Assembly (NCBI GenBank): GCA_947595215.1
Contig: CANQEO010000003.1
Coordinates: 5,755 to 69,754, forward strand
Direction: 5' to 3'
Length of the DNA stretch: 64,000 nucleotides
Source: an uncultured Bacilli bacterium
GTDB taxonomy: Bacteria > Bacillota_I > Bacilli_A > RFN20 > CAG-449
Part shown: one piece after another, positions 1 through 9,595 of the stretch
How the letters are laid out: the number at the start of each line of letters is the position of its first letter
How positions within the stretch are numbered: position 1 is the stretch's first letter
The notes under the pieces: generated by a model
Databases searched by the model: none
Seen by the model: only the letters and a program-made list of their open reading frames with translations
Told to the model about the DNA's origin: nothing
Made by a program: the position numbers and the translations under genes

Positions 1-1
1 A

Positions 2-1102
2 TTAAAAGTGGTGTGCGAAAGTGAAAATATAAAATATGATTCTCCTGCCTTAGATTTAATCGTCTCTTTAGCGGATGGTGGTGTTCGTGATGCTCTTTCA
101 ATGTTAGATCAAGCATCATCTTATGCTGGAAACGATTTAAAAGTTTATCATATAGAAGAAATTTACGGACTTTTATCTAATACTGAAAAATTTAAACTTC
201 TTCAATATATCGAATCTAAAAATATCGTTGCTATCAGCAATGAATTAAGCCTCCTAGAAAAACGCGGTATCGATTTTAAACGATTAACTAATGATCTTAT
301 TGAAATATTAAAAAATCGTTTAATTTTATTAACGACAAAAGATCCTTCTTTAATAAAAGGTACACGTGTTGAAGATTTGCAAAAATTCAATATTTCAAGA
401 AGAGCAGCATTAGAAATGATCGATATCTTGCTTGAAGCTTCCGCTCAATTTAAATTTGTGAATAATGTAAAATCTTTGCTTGAAATCACATTTTTAAAAC
501 TAGCTACAATCGAAGATAATACCATCGATTCTAATGATGTAATTAATGTAGTTAAAGAAGAAAAAGTAATCGTAAAAAAAGAATCACCGAAAAAAGAATT
601 TAAACCAGAACCGGTTATCAATAAAGAACCAGTAAAACCACAGGTTAATGAGAAAACTTTTGAAAAGGTACCTTCTATTGAAGAACATGGTATTTGCTAT
701 TCGTTAGATGAAGATGAAGTAATCAATGTTATGGTTCAAGCATCAAAAGAATATAAAATCCGCTGTATTGATAATTGGTCAAAAATTGAATACTACCTCC
801 CTCACGCTAAACTAGGTTCTTATGCTTCACTATTAAGATTAAGTTCCCCTCGCATTTATAGTAAAGGTGTCTTGATTGTTGAAACCGACTTTAAGACCAC
901 TGCATACAAAATAAATTTGGAAAAGAACCAAACTGGTTTAATTGAATTGCTAAAACAGGTGGTGCCCGATACCCCTTTTGCAACTATAGTTGCCCTCACT
1001 AAGCAAGATTATATTAATCATGTTCAAAAATTCACAAACTTACTTCAAGCTCGCAAATTACCAACGGCTAGAGACATAAAATTTAAAAAAGAAGAAATCT
1101 AG
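2..1102 (+). CDS. dnaX: DNA polymerase III subunit gamma/tau, C-terminal part (5' end lies outside the window)
   Basis: The reading frame is open to the window edge. It contains a clamp-loader domain III-like segment (GGVRDALSMLDQ) and a K/E/P-rich linker. It sits directly upstream of ybaB-recR, the conserved bacterial synteny. Confidence 0.85.
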   Translation, partial: LKVVCESENIKYDSPALDLIVSLADGGVRDALSMLDQASSYAGNDLKVYHIEEIYGLLSNTEKFKLLQYIESKNIVAISNELSLLEKRGIDFKRLTNDLIEILKNRLILLTTKDPSLIKGTRVEDLQKFNISRRAALEMIDILLEASAQFKFVNNVKSLLEITFLKLATIEDNTIDSNDVINVVKEEKVIVKKESPKKEFKPEPVINKEPVKPQVNEKTFEKVPSIEEHGICYSLDEDEVINVMVQASKEYKIRCIDNWSKIEYYLPHAKLGSYASLLRLSSPRIYSKGVLIVETDFKTTAYKINLEKNQTGLIELLKQVVPDTPFATIVALTKQDYINHVQKFTNLLQARKLPTARDIKFKKEEI

Positions 1103-1114
1103 GAGGATATAGAA

Positions 1115-1420
1115 ATGAATATCAATGCCTTAATGCAACAAGCACAAAAAATGCAAAAAGAAATGACGAAACTAACTAAAGAATTAGAAGCTAAATCATT
1201 TACTGTCAGTTCCGCAGGTGGTGCTATTGAAGTAGTTATCAAAGGAACAAAACGTATCGAATCGATTAAAATCGATGAAGACGCAATCGATCCAAGCGAA
1301 AAAGAAATGCTTGAAGATATGATTAAAATAGCTATTAATGAAGCCCTCGAAGTCGTCGAAAAAGAATTTGAAAAAATCAATAATCAAATGACTGGTGGTA
1401 TGAAGGGATTTGGTTTTTAA
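1115..1420 (+). CDS. ybaB: Nucleoid-associated protein YbaB/EbfC
   Basis: 101 aa. N-terminus MNINALMQQAQKMQKEM and C-terminus GGMKGFGF are typical of the family. GGAGG lies 8 nt upstream of the ATG. Located between dnaX and recR. Confidence 0.9.
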   Translation: MNINALMQQAQKMQKEMTKLTKELEAKSFTVSSAGGAIEVVIKGTKRIESIKIDEDAIDPSEKEMLEDMIKIAINEALEVVEKEFEKINNQMTGGMKGFGF

Positions 1421-2028
1421 TGGAAGAACTTTTAAGTATTTCTAATCTCATAGAAGCTTTAAAGAAATTACCCGGAGTCGGAAGAAAATCCGCTGAAAGA
1501 ATGGCGTATCAAATACTTCAGATGGATACAACCAAAAGAGATTTTTTGATAGATGCCTTACAAAAAGCTAAAAACGATATCGATACTTGTCCTACATGTG
1601 GATCATTTAGAGAAAATCACATTTGTCCGCTTTGTAATGATGAGACTCGCGATTCATCTGTTCTAATAGTTGTTTCTTCTTTTAAAGATGTTTTAGTCAT
1701 TGAAAAGCTTAATTCTTATCATGGTTTTTATCATATCCTTAATGGTAATCTTTCACCGAGTAAAGGTATTGGTTTAAGAGATATTAACCTCGAAAGTTTA
1801 ATTGCTCGTGTTAAAGAAGGAGATTTCAAAGAAATTATCTTAGCAACCGATCCTACTTTAGATGGAGAAACAACTGCACTATATATTGCAAAAATGTTAT
1901 ATAGTTATCCTATCACTATCTCTCGTCTTGCCTATGGTTTACCGATGGGCGGACAATTAGAATACGCCGATGAATTGACGCTTACAAAATCTTTAGAAGG
2001 TCGAAAGTTTATTAAAAAGGAGATTTAA
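1420..2028 (+). CDS. recR: Recombination protein RecR
   Basis: 202 aa with an HhH N-terminus (LPGVGRKSAERMAY), a C4 zinc finger (CPTCGSF...CPLC) and a Toprim region. Confidence 0.95.
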   Translation: MEELLSISNLIEALKKLPGVGRKSAERMAYQILQMDTTKRDFLIDALQKAKNDIDTCPTCGSFRENHICPLCNDETRDSSVLIVVSSFKDVLVIEKLNSYHGFYHILNGNLSPSKGIGLRDINLESLIARVKEGDFKEIILATDPTLDGETTALYIAKMLYSYPITISRLAYGLPMGGQLEYADELTLTKSLEGRKFIKKEI

Positions 2029-2030
2029 TT

Positions 2031-2657
2031 ATGTCATTATTTATCACATTAGAAGGTCCCGAAGGAAGTGGTAAAACTTCTGCGATGAAAATCGTTCTTG
2101 AACAATTAAAAAACGATGGATACGACATAATCACCACTAGAGAACCTGGTGGAACACCAATATCCGAACAAATTCGTAATGTTATTCTCGACAAAGATAA
2201 CACTAAGATGGATTCAATTACAGAAGCAATGCTATACGCCGCTTCTCGCCGTCAACATTTAGTCGAGAAAATATGGCCAGCACTAAAAGAAAATAAATTG
2301 GTTTTTTGTGATCGTTATCTCGATTCCTCTTTAGCGTATCAGGGGTTTGCTCGCGGTAACGATGTGGAGAAAATATTAGAAATAAATAAATTTGCCACCG
2401 ATGGTACTTTTCCTGATTTAACTTTACTATTTGATTTAGAACCGGAAATCGGCTTAGAAAGAATCAATAAAAATAAAGGAAGAGAAGTTAATCGTCTCGA
2501 TTTAGAAAACATTACTTTTCATCACAAAGTACGTGAAGGTTATTTGATTTTAGCGGCTCGCTATCAAGATCGCTTTGTTATCATCGATGCTTCTAAACCT
2601 CTTGAAGAAGTAGTTGAAGCTGCTTATCAAGCGATTAAAAATAAATTAGGAGAATAA
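2031..2657 (+). CDS. tmk: Thymidylate kinase
   Basis: 208 aa with P-loop LEGPEGSGKTS, TREPGGT and a DRY-type motif (CDRYLDSSLAYQG). Confidence 0.95.
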   Translation: MSLFITLEGPEGSGKTSAMKIVLEQLKNDGYDIITTREPGGTPISEQIRNVILDKDNTKMDSITEAMLYAASRRQHLVEKIWPALKENKLVFCDRYLDSSLAYQGFARGNDVEKILEINKFATDGTFPDLTLLFDLEPEIGLERINKNKGREVNRLDLENITFHHKVREGYLILAARYQDRFVIIDASKPLEEVVEAAYQAIKNKLGE

Positions 2658-2660
2658 TTC

Positions 2661-3650
2661 ATGGAATATCAATATTATCTAGAATCGACGCAAAAAGTAA
2701 TATATGAAACTTTTAAGCGTGCTTTGGAAACTGATAATATTGCTCATGCTTATTTATTATGCGGTGATGGTGGTTCCCTTTTAACTATCGCCAAGTACCT
2801 AGCTAAAACACTTGTGTGTGATAATCCTAATCCTTTAGCATGTTGTTCATGTTCCTCTTGCCATCGTTTTGATGAAGGTAACTATACCGATTTAGTTATA
2901 ATTGACGGAAGTAAATCAAATATTAAAATGAGCGATATCGCTTCTTTGAGAAATCTTTTTCAAAAAACCGCTTCAGAAAAAAAAGGATATTTAATTTACA
3001 TCATTAATCAAATTGAAAATTCTAACAAAGAATCATTAAACGCGATTCTTAAGTTTTTAGAAGAACCAAATCCAAACGTTATCGCCTTTTTAACTACCAC
3101 TAACGAGGAAAGATTATTACCGACGATCGTTTCTCGTTGTCAGTTATTAAAAATCAAAGCAATTGAAAAAGATGAATTAATCAAAGAAGCCGAAAAAAAA
3201 GGTATCTGTAAAGATGATGCTGAAATCTTAAGTTCTTTTCATAGCGATATCGAATCACTAATAACTTGTTATCAAGAAAGCAATTATATTACTGTTAAAG
3301 ATCTTTTCATTGAATTATTTGAAAATCTTGATGAATCTATCTCTAGCGCGCACTTTTTCGCCGAGACGCGCGTCATACCGGTAATTAAAGGAAAAGAAAG
3401 CTTACGCCTATTTGTCGACTTGATTTTACTTTTCGTAAAAGATATGATGAACATATCACTAAATTTACCGATAGTGATGAAATCTTCATACAATTTGATT
3501 GATAAGCTTTCTAAGCGTTTTGATAATCTAAAGGATCTTTATATCGAACTATCCTTAACTCGTAGCAAAATTGAATTAAATGTCAATCCGAGTTTATTGA
3601 TTGACCACATCATGATATCGATCAGGAAAGGAATGAAAAAAAATGGATGA
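2661..3650 (+). CDS. holB: DNA polymerase III subunit delta'
   Basis: 329 aa with N-terminal AHAYLLCG, a Cys cluster (CxxCxxC, CCSCSSCHRF) and an SRC motif (VSRCQLL). Sits in tmk-holB-yaaT synteny. Confidence 0.85.
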   Translation: MEYQYYLESTQKVIYETFKRALETDNIAHAYLLCGDGGSLLTIAKYLAKTLVCDNPNPLACCSCSSCHRFDEGNYTDLVIIDGSKSNIKMSDIASLRNLFQKTASEKKGYLIYIINQIENSNKESLNAILKFLEEPNPNVIAFLTTTNEERLLPTIVSRCQLLKIKAIEKDELIKEAEKKGICKDDAEILSSFHSDIESLITCYQESNYITVKDLFIELFENLDESISSAHFFAETRVIPVIKGKESLRLFVDLILLFVKDMMNISLNLPIVMKSSYNLIDKLSKRFDNLKDLYIELSLTRSKIELNVNPSLLIDHIMISIRKGMKKNG

Positions 3651-4488
3651 AATGGAAAATAAATTGTATTTGGTTGGAGCTAGTGTCGATCGTGTCGGAA
3701 AGACCTTCTTCTTTTTGACCGAGATTGGTGATTTAAAACAAAATGATCCAATCGTTATTTCTACTCAACATGGCTTAGAATTAGGTTTTGTAACTGTTCC
3801 ACCCAAAGAAAAAGAAGAAAATGTTCAAACAGATGCTTTTCCAATGGTTTTACGTCGTGCCGAAGAAGGCGATATGTTACTTTATGAAAACAATTTAGCT
3901 CTCGCCGAAAAAGCGAAAGAACTCGCTCAAAAAACTTCCGACGAATTAGGTTTAAATATGAATATCGTATCTAGTTCGTACACTTTAGATGGTTCAAAAG
4001 TCACTATCTCTTATTTAGCGGAAGATCGTGTCGACTTTAGAGAGTTGCTAAAGATTGTCGCTAATAAATTGCACTGTAGAATCGAATTAAGGCAAATAGG
4101 ATCTCGCGATCGCGCTAAGATGATCGGAGGTATTGGAATCTGTGGATTAAAATTATGCTGCTCTTCTTTTTTAAATGAATTTGATGGTATTTCTATTACC
4201 ATGGCCAAAAATCAAATGCTCGCTTTAAACATTCCGAAATTGTCCGGTCATTGCGGTAAGCTCATCTGCTGTTTAAAATATGAAGATGATACATATATCG
4301 AAGAAAAGAAGAACTTGCCTAGAGTCGGTGTTAGAGTAAATTATGAAGGTATTAATTATAAACTTACATCGATTAATATCATCACCAAAGTTGTCCGTCT
4401 TGAAAGTCCCGAAAATATTATCACTCTTCCTCTTTCTGAAATTGAAGATAAGATTATCACAAATCCTAATAAGGATGAAAGAAAATAG
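3643..4488 (+). CDS. ricT: PSP1-domain protein RicT/YaaT (stage 0 sporulation / RNA maturation complex subunit)
   Basis: 281 aa with a PSP1 C-terminal-type region and conserved Cys clusters (GICGLKLCCSSFL, GHCGKLICCLKYE). Overlaps holB by 8 nt. Confidence 0.85.
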   Translation: MDEMENKLYLVGASVDRVGKTFFFLTEIGDLKQNDPIVISTQHGLELGFVTVPPKEKEENVQTDAFPMVLRRAEEGDMLLYENNLALAEKAKELAQKTSDELGLNMNIVSSSYTLDGSKVTISYLAEDRVDFRELLKIVANKLHCRIELRQIGSRDRAKMIGGIGICGLKLCCSSFLNEFDGISITMAKNQMLALNIPKLSGHCGKLICCLKYEDDTYIEEKKNLPRVGVRVNYEGINYKLTSINIITKVVRLESPENIITLPLSEIEDKIITNPNKDERK

Positions 4489-4491
4489 AAA

Positions 4492-5340
4492 ATGGAACGA
4501 ATTAAAAGCTTTTCTTCGACTAAAGCAATCGTATATTTAGTAGCAACACCGATAGGAAATCTTAAAGAGTTTTCCCCTCGGGCACTTGAGGTCCTTTCTA
4601 ATGTAGATTTTATCGCATCCGAAGATACTAGAAATACTGCGTCTTTATTAAGCCATTTTGATATCAAAAATAAATTGATATCTTATCATGAACATAATGA
4701 AAGCCAAATTTCTTTAAAATTATTAGAATATTTAAGAGAAGGAAAATCTTTAGCTATCGTTTCTGATGCCGGTTATCCACTAATTTCCGACCCGGGAAAA
4801 ACGATTGTATCTAAGGCCATTGAAGAAGGATTTCCGGTTTCGGTAGTTAATGGCTCTAATGCTTTTATTCCTGCATTAATAGCATCTAATCTACCTGCTA
4901 ATCACTTCTATTTTTATGGTTTTTTAGATGCTCGTAGCAGTAAAAGAAAAGCTGAACTAGTCGCTTTAAAACAAATTAAAGATACTTTGATTTTTTATGA
5001 AGCACCCCATCGAATTATAGATACTTTAAAGGATCTTTTGGAGGTATTAGGACCTAGGCAATTCTCTTTAGCCAGAGAAATCACAAAAATGCACGAAGAA
5101 TATATTCGCGGTACATTAGATGAAGCATTAGAACTCGATCCTAACACTTTAAAAGGAGAAATGGTTATCGTTGTCGCAGGAAACAAAGAAGAACTTGTTA
5201 TAAGTGATGAAAAAATCATAAAAATTTTAAAGCAAGAATTAAAAAATGGATTAACAAAAAAAGAAGCGATTCAAGAAATCGCTTCTAAATTAAACATTAA
5301 GAAAAATTATGTTTATCAACTAGCGATGAAGATTAATTGA
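4492..5340 (+). CDS. rsmI: 16S rRNA (cytidine1402-2'-O)-methyltransferase
   Basis: 282 aa. LYLVATPIGNLKEFSPRALEVL..FIASEDTR is the tetrapyrrole-methylase-like RsmI signature. Confidence 0.9.
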   Translation: MERIKSFSSTKAIVYLVATPIGNLKEFSPRALEVLSNVDFIASEDTRNTASLLSHFDIKNKLISYHEHNESQISLKLLEYLREGKSLAIVSDAGYPLISDPGKTIVSKAIEEGFPVSVVNGSNAFIPALIASNLPANHFYFYGFLDARSSKRKAELVALKQIKDTLIFYEAPHRIIDTLKDLLEVLGPRQFSLAREITKMHEEYIRGTLDEALELDPNTLKGEMVIVVAGNKEELVISDEKIIKILKQELKNGLTKKEAIQEIASKLNIKKNYVYQLAMKIN

Positions 5341-8338
5341 GTTTCATCGCTTGTTTTAATTTACCTTTATCATCAAAAATAATTTTATCAACAATATACA
5401 TAGCGATAGTTAATACCATACCAATTAATACTACCTTTAATCCTAAAGAAAGTCCCGGAGTTTGATAATTAAGGTGATATTGATACTCTCCACCTTCCGC
5501 GACAAAACCGATAAAACCGCCTTGAGATTTATAGATCTTAACTGATTCGACACCATTTTCTGTTTCGCGATTTAAAGACCAACCACTATCGTATGGAACT
5601 GTTAAGACCACAAAACGTGGAGTTTCATAATCGGTTTTAAAGCCAAAATAATCTTGTGAATAAGTTATGTCTTTTAAAGCATATGGTTTAAGTTTATCGA
5701 TTCTATCCTTATAAGTATCGTAATACTCATATTGAACTTCTGGTTTTACTAAGGTTTGAGAGGGAGTAAGTGTCTCATAAATTAGAATTCTGATATGATC
5801 TACTTCATCATTGACATAGAATCCTCTTTGATATTTACGATCGTATTGTTTATTAGCATAGCCGTGAGTCATATGACGATCGGATGTGAGTAAAACTTCT
5901 TTGCCATTTTCATCTTTACCATAAAGGAAGATATTGAGGTTTTCACCCATACGAGCTTGAACGCTTACGAAGCATCCACCTCTATCTTTAGCGCTACAAA
6001 CATTTGTTCCATTAAAGCGAATATCGATTCTCGAATTCCATGTAAGACCGGCAGTAGCTGATGTTGAAAACGGAATAGCGGGTTCATATTCTTCGTCAGT
6101 ACCACCATGAGTAGATCCGGTCCATATCGCCTTTTGAATTGTAATATCTTCATTTGCGGAATAAAGTGAACCCATCGTAGGTAAACCTTCAGAATATGAA
6201 AAGACGTTTGGATATAATTCTAAAATTTCTTCAATGTCTTCTTCAGCAAGAATTCCACCCATTAAATACGCCATCTCGTTCTCATTAGTCCTGGTATAAG
6301 ATGTACTCAAAGCGCTCTTGTTTATCAATTGATCAAAGGAGAAGCCTAATTCGATGTAGTTATCATTACGATAAACTCTATGAGTATCGGATTCTTTATA
6401 TAATGAAAATCCATAAGGAACATTATTATCGTTTCGTTTTACAATATAATATTTAACATTTAAAAATTCATCTAAATTTACTCTTTTTTCGTGAACACCC
6501 ATAGACCACGAACCATTATATGAGATTCTTGACCAATTGATAAATTCATCTAATTCATAATTATATACAGAGTGGAAAGTACCCAAACCTTTTGATCCTA
6601 AAACCATCGCTAAATTATTGGCACTTCTATTAGCGGATGTTGTAAAAATACGATAATAATCCTCATCTTCGTCCTGAATTTCACTTACTAATCGCGTTTC
6701 TTCTGAAACGTTTTCAGTGCCACCATAAAGATTTTGATAAGATGAAGTTCCTTGTATAGATACGACAACATTTCCGATAATGACAGCTTCTAAAGTAACT
6801 AAATATAAGACATTTTCGTAGAATTTTTTCCTTCTCATGTCACGCATAATAAAGAAGTAACACACTATAACAAACACCACTTCAAAATACGCTAAAAAGA
6901 CACGATAATCACTTGGAGCTACCGTTCCGGATTGTGGAGCATCAATCATCTGTCTAGTTTGATAAATTAACCAAACTTGAAGCAGAACAGTAATAGCGAC
7001 ACCAATAGTGAAAAACCGCGGATTAATCTCTTTGCGTCGATCCATATTAATGGCAATAAATACACACGAAACAGCAACTACAAATCCTTGCCATCTTCCA
7101 TACGCAACACTTGTAAAACCGCTAAAGCAATAATAACCGAATGGAGTAAAAAGAAGTAATGCCATAAATAAAACTGCGAAAACTTGACCGAATTTCTTTC
7201 TTTTAAATAAATCTAAGAATGATGGGATAAAGAAAAGCATTAAGGGAGCATATATATATAAAGATGCTAATACATTATCATAATAATTATTCTTAAATAA
7301 TAAACCATCATAATTAGCCGCAGGTCCAAAAAAGAATGTTGTTAATGGATAGAGAAGATATTTCGATCTTTTTCCAGCATCAGACCAAACGAATAATACA
7401 TTCATTAGTCTATTAAACCCTTCGCTAAAGGATTCATTTTTCATCACTTCAAATGCATTTTTTAAATTTTCAAGATAAGTAGCATTTTCAACACGGCTTG
7501 AAGATAACACCGAAGAAAAAGCCGGGATTATTACAAAAGACGCTAGCATTAAACCACAAGCAAATCCTAAAAATCCTTTTACAAAAATAATTACACGTTC
7601 ACTATTGTTATAAGATTTATAGAATTGAAAATATCTAAATCCGGCATACATTACACCTAAGAAACAGAAACTGACTAAAAAGAAATAGTTTGTTATTCCA
7701 ATTAAGAAAATAGCTCCGACTAGATAGAATGGATTTTTATCTCTTAATACCCTTTCGATACCATATAACATCACTGGCATTAACACATTAACTTCTAAAA
7801 AGTGATTGAACCATAAGTATTGCAAATTCCACCCATTAAAAGCGTAAGCTAAGGCGACTATTTTAATAATTTGAGGTTTTAATTTAAATAGTTCTAACAG
7901 TTTCATCATCGCTAAACCCGCTAGAACCATCTTTGTTATCATCATAAAAGCTTGTGCTTGTGGAACAAGATTTCGCGGAAATAAAAGTATCGGCAAGAAA
8001 AATGGATTTAGCAAATAATAGAAAGTATTGGCACCAATGTTATTAGCGCCTAAAAATGCCGAATCATCCCACAACGGAAATTGTCCAGTAGTGATTGCTT
8101 GCCACAAATCATCATACCCATTAAAGTAAAATGGGATTTCCTGAAGAACAAAATCCCCTGACATTGGAATTGTAAATTGATTGCGAACTAATGTAATGCC
8201 AAACATCAATAATGCGACAACATATAAATAGCCCGCGAAACGTACATATCGATTATTACGAGCACGATCTATAAATCGCAAAAAAGATAACAACATTATT
8301 TTCAGTTTCTCAAGTAAAAAAGTTTTAACATTTTCCAT
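5333..8338 (-). CDS. YfhO-family polytopic membrane protein (probable teichoic-acid/glycopolymer glycosyltransferase)
   Basis: 1001 aa. About 500 aa of repeated hydrophobic segments, then a large soluble C-terminal domain and a terminal TM segment (VVLIGMVLTIAMYIV). This is the YfhO architecture. The family call is by pattern recognition only. Confidence 0.6.
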   Translation of the reverse strand: MENVKTFLLEKLKIMLLSFLRFIDRARNNRYVRFAGYLYVVALLMFGITLVRNQFTIPMSGDFVLQEIPFYFNGYDDLWQAITTGQFPLWDDSAFLGANNIGANTFYYLLNPFFLPILLFPRNLVPQAQAFMMITKMVLAGLAMMKLLELFKLKPQIIKIVALAYAFNGWNLQYLWFNHFLEVNVLMPVMLYGIERVLRDKNPFYLVGAIFLIGITNYFFLVSFCFLGVMYAGFRYFQFYKSYNNSERVIIFVKGFLGFACGLMLASFVIIPAFSSVLSSSRVENATYLENLKNAFEVMKNESFSEGFNRLMNVLFVWSDAGKRSKYLLYPLTTFFFGPAANYDGLLFKNNYYDNVLASLYIYAPLMLFFIPSFLDLFKRKKFGQVFAVLFMALLLFTPFGYYCFSGFTSVAYGRWQGFVVAVSCVFIAINMDRRKEINPRFFTIGVAITVLLQVWLIYQTRQMIDAPQSGTVAPSDYRVFLAYFEVVFVIVCYFFIMRDMRRKKFYENVLYLVTLEAVIIGNVVVSIQGTSSYQNLYGGTENVSEETRLVSEIQDEDEDYYRIFTTSANRSANNLAMVLGSKGLGTFHSVYNYELDEFINWSRISYNGSWSMGVHEKRVNLDEFLNVKYYIVKRNDNNVPYGFSLYKESDTHRVYRNDNYIELGFSFDQLINKSALSTSYTRTNENEMAYLMGGILAEEDIEEILELYPNVFSYSEGLPTMGSLYSANEDITIQKAIWTGSTHGGTDEEYEPAIPFSTSATAGLTWNSRIDIRFNGTNVCSAKDRGGCFVSVQARMGENLNIFLYGKDENGKEVLLTSDRHMTHGYANKQYDRKYQRGFYVNDEVDHIRILIYETLTPSQTLVKPEVQYEYYDTYKDRIDKLKPYALKDITYSQDYFGFKTDYETPRFVVLTVPYDSGWSLNRETENGVESVKIYKSQGGFIGFVAEGGEYQYHLNYQTPGLSLGLKVVLIGMVLTIAMYIVDKIIFDDKGKLKQAMKLN

Positions 8339-8349
8339 AATTATTTCTC

Positions 8350-8832
8350 CTACTTGTGATACTCTTCGTTACCGATAATCTTAAAGGCACGATAAATTTG
8401 TTCAAGGATAATGACTCTTGTCATCTGGTGGGTAAAAGTAAGTTTTGAAAGCGATAATCTTAAATCGGAACGTTCAATAATATCTTTTCCTAATCCGTAA
8501 GATCCTCCAATCACAAACACGATTCTTGATGATCCTCTTGCTACTAGGTTTCCCATAGTCGCTGCGAATTCTTCAGAACTTAATATCTTACCATGAACAT
8601 CAAGTACAATCACAAAGTCACGATCTTGTATTTTTTTAACTAATCGCTTTGCTTCTTCATCATTGGTTTTTAATATCTCTTTATCGTTAGGATGTTGAGG
8701 AGTTTTAAATTCCTCAACTTCTTCAATATCGATATCCGCATAGCGATCTAAACGTTTTAAATATTCTTCAATCTCACTTTGATGATATTGCGCTTTTATC
8801 TTTCCGACGGCGATTATCTTTATTTTTATCAT
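8350..8832 (-). CDS. rlmH: 23S rRNA (pseudouridine1915-N3)-methyltransferase
   Basis: 160 aa SPOUT protein (MIKIKIIAVGKIK...GGSYGL...THQMTRVILLEQIYRA). Confidence 0.9.
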   Translation of the reverse strand: MIKIKIIAVGKIKAQYHQSEIEEYLKRLDRYADIDIEEVEEFKTPQHPNDKEILKTNDEEAKRLVKKIQDRDFVIVLDVHGKILSSEEFAATMGNLVARGSSRIVFVIGGSYGLGKDIIERSDLRLSLSKLTFTHQMTRVIILEQIYRAFKIIGNEEYHK

Positions 8833-9593
8833 TTTAAAGTAACCTCATCAAAACTTCCACCCGAAACAGTAAATTCTTGTGACGCACAGCGAATAGATAT
8901 ATTATTTAATGAAATGCCACCTTCTTCAGCAATTTTATTAAAAGTTTCCAAAGCAAGTTCAGGAGTATTAGCTTCTTGCGAAATGTGAGCTAAAACAATT
9001 TCTTTAGTTTTTTCTCCTAAGGCGCGAGTTACATAAAGCGCGCAATCTTCATTTGAAAGATGACCGTAATCACCCAGAATTCTCTTTTTTAATTCTTGTG
9101 TACGATTAGTATTTAAGAGCATTTTTACATTGTGATTTGATTCAAAGATATAATAATCAGCATTTTTAATCATCGGTAATGTTTTCTCATATAAATAACC
9201 AGTATCAGTAACATATACTAGTTTTTCATCACCATATTCAATTATAAAACCAATTGATCCTTTAACATCATGTGAAGTAGGAATAACTGTTACTTTAAAA
9301 CCATTAATCATATATGTTTGATAAGGGACCAAAGTATGATCCTCGCGCACCATACAAGTTAATGAAGTCGCATAGATTTGATCTAAATTAAAATATTTTA
9401 GTCCTTTAATATGATCAGTATGACTATGAGTGAATAATACATGTTCAATCTTTTCGAATGGAACACCTGTTTCTATCAATTTTGTTTGGAGACCTCTTTT
9501 AGAAACGCCCATATCAATCATCAAGTAATGTTGATCCGCGATTAATAAAGTACAGTTTCCTTTAGAACCCGAATTAAAAACATAGTAACGCAT
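8829..9593 (-). CDS. yycJ: MBL-fold metallo-hydrolase, YycJ/WalJ-like
   Basis: 254 aa with the HxHxDH motif (THSHTDH). Overlaps rlmH by 4 nt and lies downstream of dnaB. Confidence 0.75.
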   Translation of the reverse strand: MRYYVFNSGSKGNCTLLIADQHYLMIDMGVSKRGLQTKLIETGVPFEKIEHVLFTHSHTDHIKGLKYFNLDQIYATSLTCMVREDHTLVPYQTYMINGFKVTVIPTSHDVKGSIGFIIEYGDEKLVYVTDTGYLYEKTLPMIKNADYYIFESNHNVKMLLNTNRTQELKKRILGDYGHLSNEDCALYVTRALGEKTKEIVLAHISQEANTPELALETFNKIAEEGGISLNNISIRCASQEFTVSGGSFDEVTLK

Positions 9594-9595
9594 AC

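Noticed and set aside
1099-1387. Two minus-strand ORFs (93 and 63 aa) overlapping ybaB.
   Set aside because: They are entirely antisense to a well-supported conserved gene. The translations are low-complexity Ser/Ile-rich and there are no start signals.
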